A stretch of DNA of 24,000 bases from Haliea sp. E1-2-M8 (GCF_030649675.1 NZ_JAUTDR010000012.1:140041-164040); one strand, 5' to 3'. Positions 16,344 to 23,932 are shown, counted from the first letter of the stretch. Made by a program: numbers and translations. The notes: generated by a model not told the origin, from the sequence alone.

Positions 16344-18575
16344 ATGAACGAATTTGCCATTCCAGGATATCGGATTCTCAAGCCACTGGGCAAGGGCGGT
16401 ATGTCTTCAGTATTCCTTGCCGTGCAGGAAACTTTCGGGCGGCAGGTGGGCCTGAAGGTACTCTCCCCGGAAATAGCCGAAAATGAGCAATTCGGACGTC
16501 GTTTTCTCCGAGAAGCCAGACTCGTCGCGAGCTTCAATCACCCGAACATAGTGACGGTTTACGATACCGGCTGCATTGACGGCATGTACTATCTGGCGAT
16601 GGAGCATCTCTCCGGTGGGGATCTGCGTAGAGCGCTATCCAAGGGCGTTTCAATACATGAAGCCCTGATTATCGTCATAGCAGCCGCAGATGCCATTGAC
16701 TACTCTGCTCGCAAGGGCGTCGTTCACCGTGACATCAAACCAACCAATATCATGTTCCGGGAAGACGGGAGCCTCGCTCTCGTTGACTTCGGGATAGCGC
16801 ACGATTTCAAGTGTGAAACCCTGTTGACAGCAGCGGGAACGGTACTTGGAACACCCCAGTATATGAGCCCTGAGCAGACCCTCGGGGAACCGACGGACTA
16901 TCGCGCTGACATCTACAGCCTGGGCATCGTATTCTACGAGCTACTGGTCGGCACCGTGCCATTTTCAGCAGACAGCGCCGCGGGAATCGGCCTGAAGCAC
17001 ATAAATGCCGAAGTGCCACCCCTCCCTGAGGAACTGCTTCTTTTCCAGCCTATTATCAACCGAATGCTGGAGAAATCACCCGACGACCGTTATCAGGAGA
17101 TAACTGAGCTAATTGATGACGCGGAAAAGCTGGCGGACAATCTTCCCATGGAGCTGAAGTCAACCATCCTGCTCCTGCAGGAGTCGGATGCGCCGGGCAG
17201 TTCGGCTCACTCAAGATCGAGTGGCAGTTTGAAGTATGTGCGACGTCGCTCCGAACGCCATAGCTTGAAAATCCGCTCACGGAAGCATCAGTCAAAGAGA
17301 ATATTGTGGTCTGGACTCACCGGAGTGATCGTAGTGGTTGGCTCTGCCCTCCTTTTGACGGGGCTTTTTACGAGTCACGCTCCAGCTGGCGGAAGTAAAC
17401 TGGTGTGGGGCTGGATGCCCAAGACGAACTGGATCAGCGATCCGACCGATTCAGCGTCAGCGGAGTTCGCCATTCAGGATTCTGGTTATGAGGTGGATAC
17501 CATTCCGCCAGACCTGGTACAGCCACAGCTGGATGAGGTTCCGGTGGAACCGATTGAGGTGCCTCAAGGTCCAGAGCTGGCTGGTGCGCTGACAATGTTT
17601 CAGGAGAGGGTCAGGGGTGGCAACCTGCGGGTCACTGCACAGGACAGCGCCTACTATGATCTACAACATCTCCGCACGCAGAACCTCCCGGCAACCGAGT
17701 TCCAGCGAGCACTTGATGCCCTCAATCGAGCTGCCGGACGTCAGGTTGACGGGCTTCTGAAAGCCGGAAAGTTACGGGATGCAGAGCGCCATATTGATGA
17801 TTGGGAAGTTGCGGCGGGCAGTGCAATGACCAGGGATTACCGGATCAGGCTTATCAGACAGCAACAAGATCTAGAGGAACAAAAAAGGCATTTATCCACA
17901 CTGAATACCCGGATATCGGCGCTCGCAGACAGGGCTGTTGATGAGCCGGCGACCAACAGAGAGTTGATATCGGCGTATGCCGAACTTTTTAAATTGGAAT
18001 CAGGTCGCGGCACTATTGAAGCAGGTTTCAACGATGCAGTTGCGCGCGAACTGGATCATGCCGGAGCATCGCTCGCCAGAGGCGATGTGGAGAGCGCCAG
18101 GACTTCGCTAGCTCTATTACACAGGGTCGTGCCGGAAGATGGCAGGCTAGCTGAAATCGAAGCCCGTACAACAAGACTGGAGCAAGACCGAGAGAGGGTC
18201 GTGGCGGCCATCTCCTTTGCAGAAAATGTCTTGCGGGAAGTCAGAGCGGACGACCGTTCTACATCTCGCACGCTTGGCGGTGATTTGATGACAATGCGTA
18301 GAATAGCAGACGCGCTGGCAGAGCTGACCCTGGCAGAGCGCGTCGAGCCCTACAAAAATCTTACCATTGCCACGAAAACAGAGCTATTGACCGCGTATCA
18401 AAAATTCTTTAACGCTTGCGTGGATTCTGGAGATATCGATTCAGCGAGGATCTCTATTCGGGAACTCGAGAGAGTTGCTGGTCAGTCCGTGGTCCAGCAA
18501 GCGTTATTGGTGAGTATGAGGGAACAGCTAAAAACCATGGCACCTTACAGGAGAAAAGATCTTCCCAGTTTTTGA
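16344..18575 (+). CDS. Transmembrane Hanks-type Ser/Thr protein kinase with a large C-terminal extracytoplasmic helical domain
   Basis: Kinase motifs: LGKGGMSSV (Gly loop), VGLKVL (beta3 Lys), HRDIKPTN, DFG (LVDFGIA), GTPQYMSPE. A single TM helix is present (ILWSGLTGVIVVVGSALLLTGLF). About 400 aa of helix-rich sequence follow, with no family I recognise. Confidence 0.85.
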   Translation: MNEFAIPGYRILKPLGKGGMSSVFLAVQETFGRQVGLKVLSPEIAENEQFGRRFLREARLVASFNHPNIVTVYDTGCIDGMYYLAMEHLSGGDLRRALSKGVSIHEALIIVIAAADAIDYSARKGVVHRDIKPTNIMFREDGSLALVDFGIAHDFKCETLLTAAGTVLGTPQYMSPEQTLGEPTDYRADIYSLGIVFYELLVGTVPFSADSAAGIGLKHINAEVPPLPEELLLFQPIINRMLEKSPDDRYQEITELIDDAEKLADNLPMELKSTILLLQESDAPGSSAHSRSSGSLKYVRRRSERHSLKIRSRKHQSKRILWSGLTGVIVVVGSALLLTGLFTSHAPAGGSKLVWGWMPKTNWISDPTDSASAEFAIQDSGYEVDTIPPDLVQPQLDEVPVEPIEVPQGPELAGALTMFQERVRGGNLRVTAQDSAYYDLQHLRTQNLPATEFQRALDALNRAAGRQVDGLLKAGKLRDAERHIDDWEVAAGSAMTRDYRIRLIRQQQDLEEQKRHLSTLNTRISALADRAVDEPATNRELISAYAELFKLESGRGTIEAGFNDAVARELDHAGASLARGDVESARTSLALLHRVVPEDGRLAEIEARTTRLEQDRERVVAAISFAENVLREVRADDRSTSRTLGGDLMTMRRIADALAELTLAERVEPYKNLTIATKTELLTAYQKFFNACVDSGDIDSARISIRELERVAGQSVVQQALLVSMREQLKTMAPYRRKDLPSF

Positions 18576-18610
18576 ATTGCCCAGCCGAAACTCCTGGAGG
18601 TTAGTGCCCT

Positions 18611-19378
18611 TCAGAATGCGTAGGAAAGGCCGATGCCAAAAGTGATCTCAGACTCCTCGATATCAACGTTCACATTGTCACTTCTCGTATCGTGTTTGTA
18701 GGTAAAAGAATCAACGTTAATGGAATAGCCCCAATCCTCATTGATGTCACCACGCCAGCCCACGCCAAATTTTACCCCGGTACCGCTGCCTGTACCGGTG
18801 TTGACAGGGCCACCCGAAACCTCCTGTTTGGCGCTACCGTCAAGCCAGGCGTGTGCAAAGGTGAAAGTGAGCCCCCCTTGGGGTATCAAAGGTAGCCAGT
18901 AACTCGCTCCAAGGAAAAAGCCGTCACTTTCGAACGTAAAACTCGCCGCAGGAGAGCCGTTGCCTTCGATCTTTGAGTCACGATACCCCAAGAATATACT
19001 GGTATTGCCTTGAAGCTGGTAACCGAGCGCGCCGACCCATTCTTTTCGGTTTCCTGTATATGTGATGTCACCTATAAATGGCACCGTAAATGAGTCGCTG
19101 GCGTCATTCGTTCCCTGAAAATAAACACTTGCGTACCAATCCCTCCATGTGATGCCTGAACCGACTTTAAGTGCCGCAGGGTTCACCCGGAAGGCAGATT
19201 TCAAATCAAGAACTCCGACGTTTGGAATCAGAATAGTGCCATCTTGCTCGAGTGAATAGTCCGCCAGAATGAACTCGGCGTAGGTAACCACATTGATGTC
19301 GTCCTGTGCCTCGCTTGTACCGATTATCGACAAGAAAACGACCGCAGTTGCCATGTGCACCGCAATATTTGATCTCAC
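18611..19378 (-). CDS. Outer-membrane beta-barrel protein (family unassigned)
   Basis: The GTG start has GGAGG 6 nt upstream. The signal peptide is MRSNIAVHMATAVVFLSIIGTSEA|QDD. Alternating aromatic/Gly-rich strands are present, and the C-terminus is ...FGIGLSYAF with a terminal Phe, the OMP signature. Confidence 0.75.
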   Translation of the reverse strand: MRSNIAVHMATAVVFLSIIGTSEAQDDINVVTYAEFILADYSLEQDGTILIPNVGVLDLKSAFRVNPAALKVGSGITWRDWYASVYFQGTNDASDSFTVPFIGDITYTGNRKEWVGALGYQLQGNTSIFLGYRDSKIEGNGSPAASFTFESDGFFLGASYWLPLIPQGGLTFTFAHAWLDGSAKQEVSGGPVNTGTGSGTGVKFGVGWRGDINEDWGYSINVDSFTYKHDTRSDNVNVDIEESEITFGIGLSYAF

Positions 19379-19693
19379 ACTAAACCTCCGGGGGCGCTGA
19401 GTTCAGTAATTGAGCTAGCTGGTCACCCTTGTTATGAATTTTTGGTGTCAGTCGGAAACATCATAGTCAGACTGGAAACCGCTTTGCCCGGATTCCGACA
19501 TTCGCGTTTATTAAAGACGAGAAGTTCTCTTTTGTAAAATTTTCATCGTGCCATGAACTTGATGCGCAGTTTTTCTATGTACTGGCTGTGGCAGAGCGAG
19601 CTGCTCAAGCTCGCGTGGACTTGATTGAGACGCGGCTGTTCGGCCAGGAAAAACTCAAGGCTCGGGGGACACTGTGCTCATTCATGCTTGGAC

Positions 19694-20227
19694 TTATCGT
19701 GCTGATGCTCGTTGTGCCGCAGCTACGGGTGTGGTTTGCATTCTGAGGGCCACTGTCCAACACCAGATCGGGTTCCTGTTACAACAATTTGCGGCAACGG
19801 TCTCGATAAACTGCGCAACAGAGCGGTAGTTGCGCTCGTTCAAAACCGCTTCCAATAACCGCCAGTCGATATTGAGGTAGTCGTGGAAGATGGCATTGCG
19901 CATCCCCACTGCGCCCCGCATGGCCGTGGCCGATGGCTCGACTATGGCAATTAGCTCGTAAACACGTTCAATCGCGGCACGCGCTTCTGTGGGGACAGGC
20001 TTGCCGCGACACTTGAGCACGTGTTTCGCGCAACCAATGGCCATTTCCACCAGCACCTGTAGGCCACGTTCGGCGGCATTGCGTTCGTTGAAAGTCAGTG
20101 GCCCGACCCGTCGCCGTGAGCCGTACAGCCACGCCACCTCAATATGGGGCTGAGCCTGCAAGGCGGCAATCAGGATGTCCAGTGCAGGGTTATCCATCAG
20201 CGGCACCCTGTGTAGTACCTGAGACAT
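19694..20227 (-). CDS. HepT-like HEPN (DUF86) protein carrying an MntA-like N-terminus: apparent mntA'-'hepT in-frame deletion fusion
   Basis: The C-terminal part has the HEPN Rx4H motif region (GMRNAIFHDYLNIDWRLL) and upstream helices like HepT. Residues ~15-40 (LDILIAALQAQPHIEVAWLYGSRRR) look like the start of a minimal nucleotidyltransferase up to the GS motif, but the DxD catalytic segment is absent. Confidence 0.5.
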   Translation of the reverse strand: MSQVLHRVPLMDNPALDILIAALQAQPHIEVAWLYGSRRRVGPLTFNERNAAERGLQVLVEMAIGCAKHVLKCRGKPVPTEARAAIERVYELIAIVEPSATAMRGAVGMRNAIFHDYLNIDWRLLEAVLNERNYRSVAQFIETVAANCCNRNPIWCWTVALRMQTTPVAAAQRASAR

Positions 20228-20238
20228 AACTTACAGCA

Positions 20239-21502
20239 TATACCGGAGACATGGTTTACACCTTTAGGCATTTGAGGGAGGACTTCAGATGCCTTGGAAG
20301 GAGTGTAAACCAATGGACGAACGTCTCAGATTTGTTGCCCGATGCCTTGATGGCGAGAACATGTCGGCTCTCTGCCGCGAGTTCGGTATCTCCCGGCCCA
20401 CCGGCTACAAGATCTTCAAGCGCTATATAAGACGCTGGGGCTCGAGGGCCTGGATGATCAAAGCCGAAGGCCCTACCGGCACGCCAATAAGCTACCCTTT
20501 CAGCTGGAGCGCACGATCCTTCAGCTCAAACGGGAATACCCCAGTTGGGGCGCACCCAAAATCCGCGAGAAACTGTTACGCAAATATCCCATGATCAAGC
20601 CGCCGGCCAAGAGCACGGTACATGCCGTGCTCAACCGGCACGACTTGGTCAAGAGCCGCAAGCGGCGTCGCCACAAGGCACAGGGGACGGCGCTCAGTGA
20701 CGCCCGGGCTCCGAATGCGCTGTGGTGCGCCGACTACAAAGGCGAGTTTCTGCTGGGTAACAAAAAATATTGCTACCCCCCCACAATCACCGACTACCCG
20801 TCTCGCTACCTGCTGGCCTGCGAGGGACTCGAATCCACCAAGTCACCCTTTGCATTTACGATATTTGAGCGAGTATTCCGCGAATTCGGTGTACCGGAAG
20901 CGATTCGTACCGACAACGGCTCCCCTTTCGCCTCCGCCAATGCACTCTTTGGGCTGAGCAGGCTCTCCGTCTGGTGGCTGCGCCTGGGTATTCGAATCGA
21001 ACGCATCAAACCGGGTAATCCTCAGCAGAACGGGCGGCACGAACGTATGCACCTGACTCTGAAGAAAGAAGCCACCAAGCCTCCCGGCTTCAACTTCCTG
21101 CAACAGCAGGGCCGCTTTGATCACTTCATAGAGGTTTACAACCACCAGCGACCCCACCAGGCACTGGGCGGACGCTATCCCGGTGACCTCTATACACCCT
21201 CAGTGCGCTCTTACGAGCCGCCCTCAGAGATCGATTATCCGTATCACGACCGGGCGGTGAGGGTCACGCAGTGCGGGCGCATTTGCATCGGCAAACGCAA
21301 GATCAACCTTAGCACCGTGTTTGCAGGTCAAACTATTGGTATTCGGGAAGTCGCAGACCGTATATGGCTGGTCAGCTTTATGGATTATGATCTAGGATTC
21401 TTTGATGAGGATGTGGGGCGGCTTGAACCCGCCACCAATCCATTTGTACCGGAACTGTAAACTATTTGCCCGGTATGATCTGTAAAGGATGTCTCCGGTA
21501 CA
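20239..21502 (+). mobile_element. IS481-family insertion sequence (about 1.26 kb) with imperfect terminal inverted repeats
   Basis: The left IR is 20239-20260 TATACCGGAGACATGGTTTACA. The right IR is 21481-21502, whose reverse complement is TGTACCGGAGACATCCTTTACA (19/22 identical). They enclose the transposase reading frames. I could identify no target-site duplication. Confidence 0.75.
20289..21460 (+). pseudogene. IS481-family DDE transposase (rve integrase core), interrupted by a frameshift near 20424-20432
   Basis: ORF1 (MPWKECKPMDERLRFVARCL...ISRPTGYKIFKRY) continues in another frame as ..KTLGLEGLDDQSRRPYRHANKLPFQLERTILQLKREYPSWGAPKIREKLL..MIKPP.. into ORF2. ORF2 carries the rve core: WCADYKGEF, IRTDNGSPFAS, PQQNGRHERMH. 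The frames join at the TATATAA tract. Confidence 0.75.
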
Positions 21503-21516
21503 GACCCGCCTTTGAA

Positions 21517-21561
21517 TGGCGGGGGCAGAAGGATTCGAACCCTCGACCTACGGCTTAGAAG
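21517..21561 (-). tRNA. Partial tRNA: 3' half (anticodon loop to CCA) of a tRNA-Arg(UCU)-like gene; probable att core/displaced tRNA end, not a functional tRNA
   Basis: The minus-strand read is CTTCTAA-GCCGT-AGGTC-GAGGG-TTCGAAT-CCTTC-TGCCCCC-G-CCA. This gives an anticodon loop with UCU, a 5-nt variable loop, a T-arm, the acceptor 3' strand, the discriminator and CCA. No complementary GGGGGCA acceptor 5' strand or D-arm exists upstream. Confidence 0.6.
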
Positions 21562-21581
21562 GCGGAATTTTACCCCTCTAG

Positions 21582-21625
21582 TATCAATCACTTAAAGTAT
21601 CTTTCCCTTATAAATCAACCGTTTA
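21582..21625. promoter_or_regulatory. Two matches to the IHF consensus WATCAANNNNTTR in the att arm
   Basis: 21582-21594 TATCAATCACTTA and 21613-21625 AATCAACCGTTTA lie 31 bp apart, between the tRNA fragment and the integrase gene. This is a consensus match only. Confidence 0.35.
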
Positions 21626-21669
21626 AGTTTGCCTTTGTTTTTCTTCGGTTGCCGGTGATATACTTCGTT

Positions 21670-21688
21670 GCACTTACCCTGCACTTAC
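21670..21688. promoter_or_regulatory. Direct repeat GCACTTAC x2 with 11-bp periodicity immediately upstream of the integrase RBS (candidate arm-type or regulatory site)
   Basis: GCACTTAC occurs at 21670-21677 and again at 21681-21688. GAGGTG at 21689-21694 and the ATG at 21700 follow. Confidence 0.3.
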
Positions 21689-21699
21689 GAGGTGCAATC

Positions 21700-22971
21700 A
21701 TGGCGGCGACACTCACCGAAAAAACCATCCCAAACCTGAGCCCCGGACCCTCCCCCTACGAGGTGCGCGACAAGGGCGGCAAGCATTCCGTGAAGGGCCT
21801 CCTGGTCAGGGTCCAGCCCAGCGGAACGAAAGCGTTTTATGTCGAGATCACCCGAGGCAAACGGGAGCGCATCGGAGACGCCAGCCAGCTCACATTAACA
21901 TTTGCCCGCGAACGGGCAAAGGAGATCGTGGGCAAGGCAGCAGGGGGGCATGACTTCCAAGCGGAGCGGCGGCAGAAAAAGGTATTGAAGGATTCCACCT
22001 TGCGAAGCTATCTGGACGGCCCGTTTACGGAGCACGCACAGGCCAACATTGCCAGCCACCGCGACATGCTGGCCCGGATCAATAAGGTGTTCGAGCATGT
22101 CCTCGACAAGCCCATGACCGAGATCACTGAACTGGATCTAGCCAAGTGGAAACGGGAGCGCAAAAACGTATCTCTTGAGACCCAGCGCCGGGAGCTGAGT
22201 TATCTAAAGGCCGTTCTGAATCACGCTGTTAGCAAAAAGATCATTCCCGGACACCAGCTGGCGCAGGTCAGGGTTAAGGGCACCCTCAAGCATGGCGAGG
22301 GCGAGGCTAAGGTGCGGTTCCTCTCCGATGATGAAGAAAAGCGGCTGCGGGCCGCACTGGACGCCAGAGAGCAGGAATTGCGCGAAGGCCGAGACCGTAT
22401 GCGGGCATGGCAGCGCGAACGAGGTAAGGCCCTCTCCCCTGCCATTCCAGCCGATCACTACGCCGACCACATTAAACCCCTGACTCTGGTGGCGATGAAT
22501 ACCGGGCTGCGCCGTGGAGACCTGTTTAACCTCACGTGGGATCAGGTGGACCTGGAGCGCAGGCAGATTCGCAAGATTATCAACAAGACCTCTCACGCGA
22601 GGCGCAAGGCTGGCAAGAAACTAGAACCCGCTGTCCTGCCGCTGTCTGCCGAGGCCCACAGGGTGCTGCAACAGTGCCACAATCAACGCGGCGACTCCCC
22701 CTATGTGTTCCCCTCCCCTATTTCCAACGGGCCATTGACGGACGTTAAGAAGGGATTCGAGGCCGTTCTCAAAGACGCCAGCATTGCGGGGTTTCGGTTC
22801 CATGATCTGCGGCACACTTTCGCTTCGCGGCTGGTCATGGCAGGCGTGGACATAAACACCGTCCGGGAGCTGATGACGCACTCCGACATCAAGATGACTC
22901 TGGTTTACGCGCACTTGAGCCCAGACCATAAAGCGGCGGCGCTGGATCGCGCATTCGGAGGTGCGAAATGA
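21700..22971 (+). CDS. int: Tyrosine-type site-specific integrase (P4-like, with N-terminal arm-binding DUF4102-type domain)
   Basis: The N-terminus YEVRDKGGK..KGLLVRVQPSGTKAFYVE is the DUF4102 pattern. The catalytic region has TGLRRGDLFNLTWDQVD, HDLRHTFASRLVMAGVDINTVRELMTHSDIKMTLVYAHL (R..HxxR..Y). The ATG at 21700 with GAGGTG upstream is preferred over 21649. Confidence 0.9.
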   Translation: MAATLTEKTIPNLSPGPSPYEVRDKGGKHSVKGLLVRVQPSGTKAFYVEITRGKRERIGDASQLTLTFARERAKEIVGKAAGGHDFQAERRQKKVLKDSTLRSYLDGPFTEHAQANIASHRDMLARINKVFEHVLDKPMTEITELDLAKWKRERKNVSLETQRRELSYLKAVLNHAVSKKIIPGHQLAQVRVKGTLKHGEGEAKVRFLSDDEEKRLRAALDAREQELREGRDRMRAWQRERGKALSPAIPADHYADHIKPLTLVAMNTGLRRGDLFNLTWDQVDLERRQIRKIINKTSHARRKAGKKLEPAVLPLSAEAHRVLQQCHNQRGDSPYVFPSPISNGPLTDVKKGFEAVLKDASIAGFRFHDLRHTFASRLVMAGVDINTVRELMTHSDIKMTLVYAHLSPDHKAAALDRAFGGAK

Positions 22972-23591
22972 CTAAGCGCAAACTTAGCGAATTCGACACC
23001 CCCACCCACAAGCGCATAGTGGGGCCATTACATGAGTGGTTTTCGGCTGAGGACGACCGTGACTGGCTCATTGCTGGTGACGCCGATGGTACGGAAGTAA
23101 ACTTCAAAGCCATAGAGGATCTACTCGAACATTGTTCGCAGATTGTGCCGAGTGAAGAAACCAAAGCATTTTCAGCCGAACTGTTTGAGGGCGCGCTGCG
23201 TGTAGCACGGATGCTTGCGCAACGCGATGACAAGACCCGAGGGATGGTAGAGCTAATCATCCATAATATGGCTTTGGGAGCTGCCTATTTAATAGAAGAT
23301 GTTGCCTTGCTTCAAACTGAGGCCGAGCAACGAAACAATATTCTCGTTAACAACGCTGGCAAAACTGCGGCCAAGCACTACGCTCTGGGTCGCGCCCGAC
23401 TTCACCTCAAAGATGACGAGGGCCAGAAGCTACGCATGGGCGCGCTAGCGGATCAGGTTTACCGCGATCTGGTTGGAACGGAACATGAAGCCTACCTGCC
23501 GGGCACACCGGATGGGGTGCGCAAGTGGCTGGCCGATGGTGACTTGCCAGAATACGTGCGTAGCAGAGGCCGACCGAAAAAAAATAGGTAA
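22968..23591 (+). CDS. Hypothetical island protein, translationally coupled to int, with C-terminal AT-hook-like tail (RSRGRPKKNR)
   Basis: 207-aa ORF with an ATGA overlap onto the integrase stop. It is an acidic, helix-rich protein with no family I recognise. The RGRP core flanked by basic residues lies at the extreme C-terminus. Confidence 0.6.
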   Translation: MTKRKLSEFDTPTHKRIVGPLHEWFSAEDDRDWLIAGDADGTEVNFKAIEDLLEHCSQIVPSEETKAFSAELFEGALRVARMLAQRDDKTRGMVELIIHNMALGAAYLIEDVALLQTEAEQRNNILVNNAGKTAAKHYALGRARLHLKDDEGQKLRMGALADQVYRDLVGTEHEAYLPGTPDGVRKWLADGDLPEYVRSRGRPKKNR

Positions 23592-23713
23592 AAAACAATT
23601 CGCCACCCGGTCGGATAACTAATTATCCGGCCCGCCCAGCAAATTTTATTGCTCTTTCCCGCCCTGTACTGTGCCTCTCGTAAACAGCAAAAACCTGTCA
23701 CGAGGGTCACACA

Positions 23714-23932
23714 ATGTCAAAAACCAATGCTAAACACTTGCCCCCGGAAGTGGAGAGACAAGCTTTCTCGATTGATGAATGGCGAGCCCGCTGGGGATTC
23801 GGTCGAAACTTTACTTATGACCTGATAGCCGCCGGGAAACTCAAAAGCACGAAGCTTGGCCGCAAGCGGATCATTACCGCAAAGCAGGACCGGGAGTTTG
23901 CGGAGTCTCTTGAAGTGGAGGCCGCACAATGA
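23714..23932 (+). CDS. AlpA/excisionase-type helix-turn-helix DNA-binding protein
   Basis: 72 aa. FSIDEWRARWGFGRNFTYDLIAAGKLKSTKLGRKRIITAKQDREF fits the AlpA/Xis wHTH pattern. GAGGG lies 7 nt upstream of the ATG. It occupies the typical position next to an island integrase. Confidence 0.7.
   Translation: MSKTNAKHLPPEVERQAFSIDEWRARWGFGRNFTYDLIAAGKLKSTKLGRKRIITAKQDREFAESLEVEAAQ

Noticed and set aside
19553-19690. Short ORFs reading ..MYWLWQSELLKLAWT* and then, in another frame, LIETRLFGQEKLKARG.., reminiscent of the tyrosine-recombinase SELLxLxW-D motif; considered as a possible integrase remnant
   Set aside because: Only about 8 residues resemble the motif. The catalytic Arg position is not conserved, a frameshift must be invoked, and no other recombinase boxes are visible. 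It is too weak to call.
20424-20432. Programmed -1 ribosomal frameshift in the IS481-family transposase
   Set aside because: TATATAA is not a canonical X XXY YYZ slippery heptamer, and I saw no downstream stimulatory structure. IS481-family transposases are normally single ORFs. A mutation or assembly error is the simpler explanation, though frameshifting cannot be excluded without other copies.
21385-21591. 68-aa ORF on the minus strand
   Set aside because: It spans the IS end, the IS/tRNA junction and the tRNA fragment itself. It is an artefact of an open frame across non-coding DNA.
21517-21600. Full-length tRNA gene on the minus strand
   Set aside because: The reverse complement gives a convincing anticodon loop, T-arm and acceptor-CCA. 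However, the region where the 5' acceptor strand (GGGGGCA) and D-arm should be reads ..AGTGATTGATACTAGAGGGGTAAAATTCCGC. That sequence can form neither structure, and the anticodon stem has only 3 of 5 pairs. I therefore called it a 3' fragment only.
23577-23584. A8 homopolymer inside the last codons of the 207-aa ORF, considered as a phase-variation tract
   Set aside because: Slippage here would change only the final 3-4 residues after the RGRP core. The tract is short, and there is no evidence of an ON/OFF consequence.
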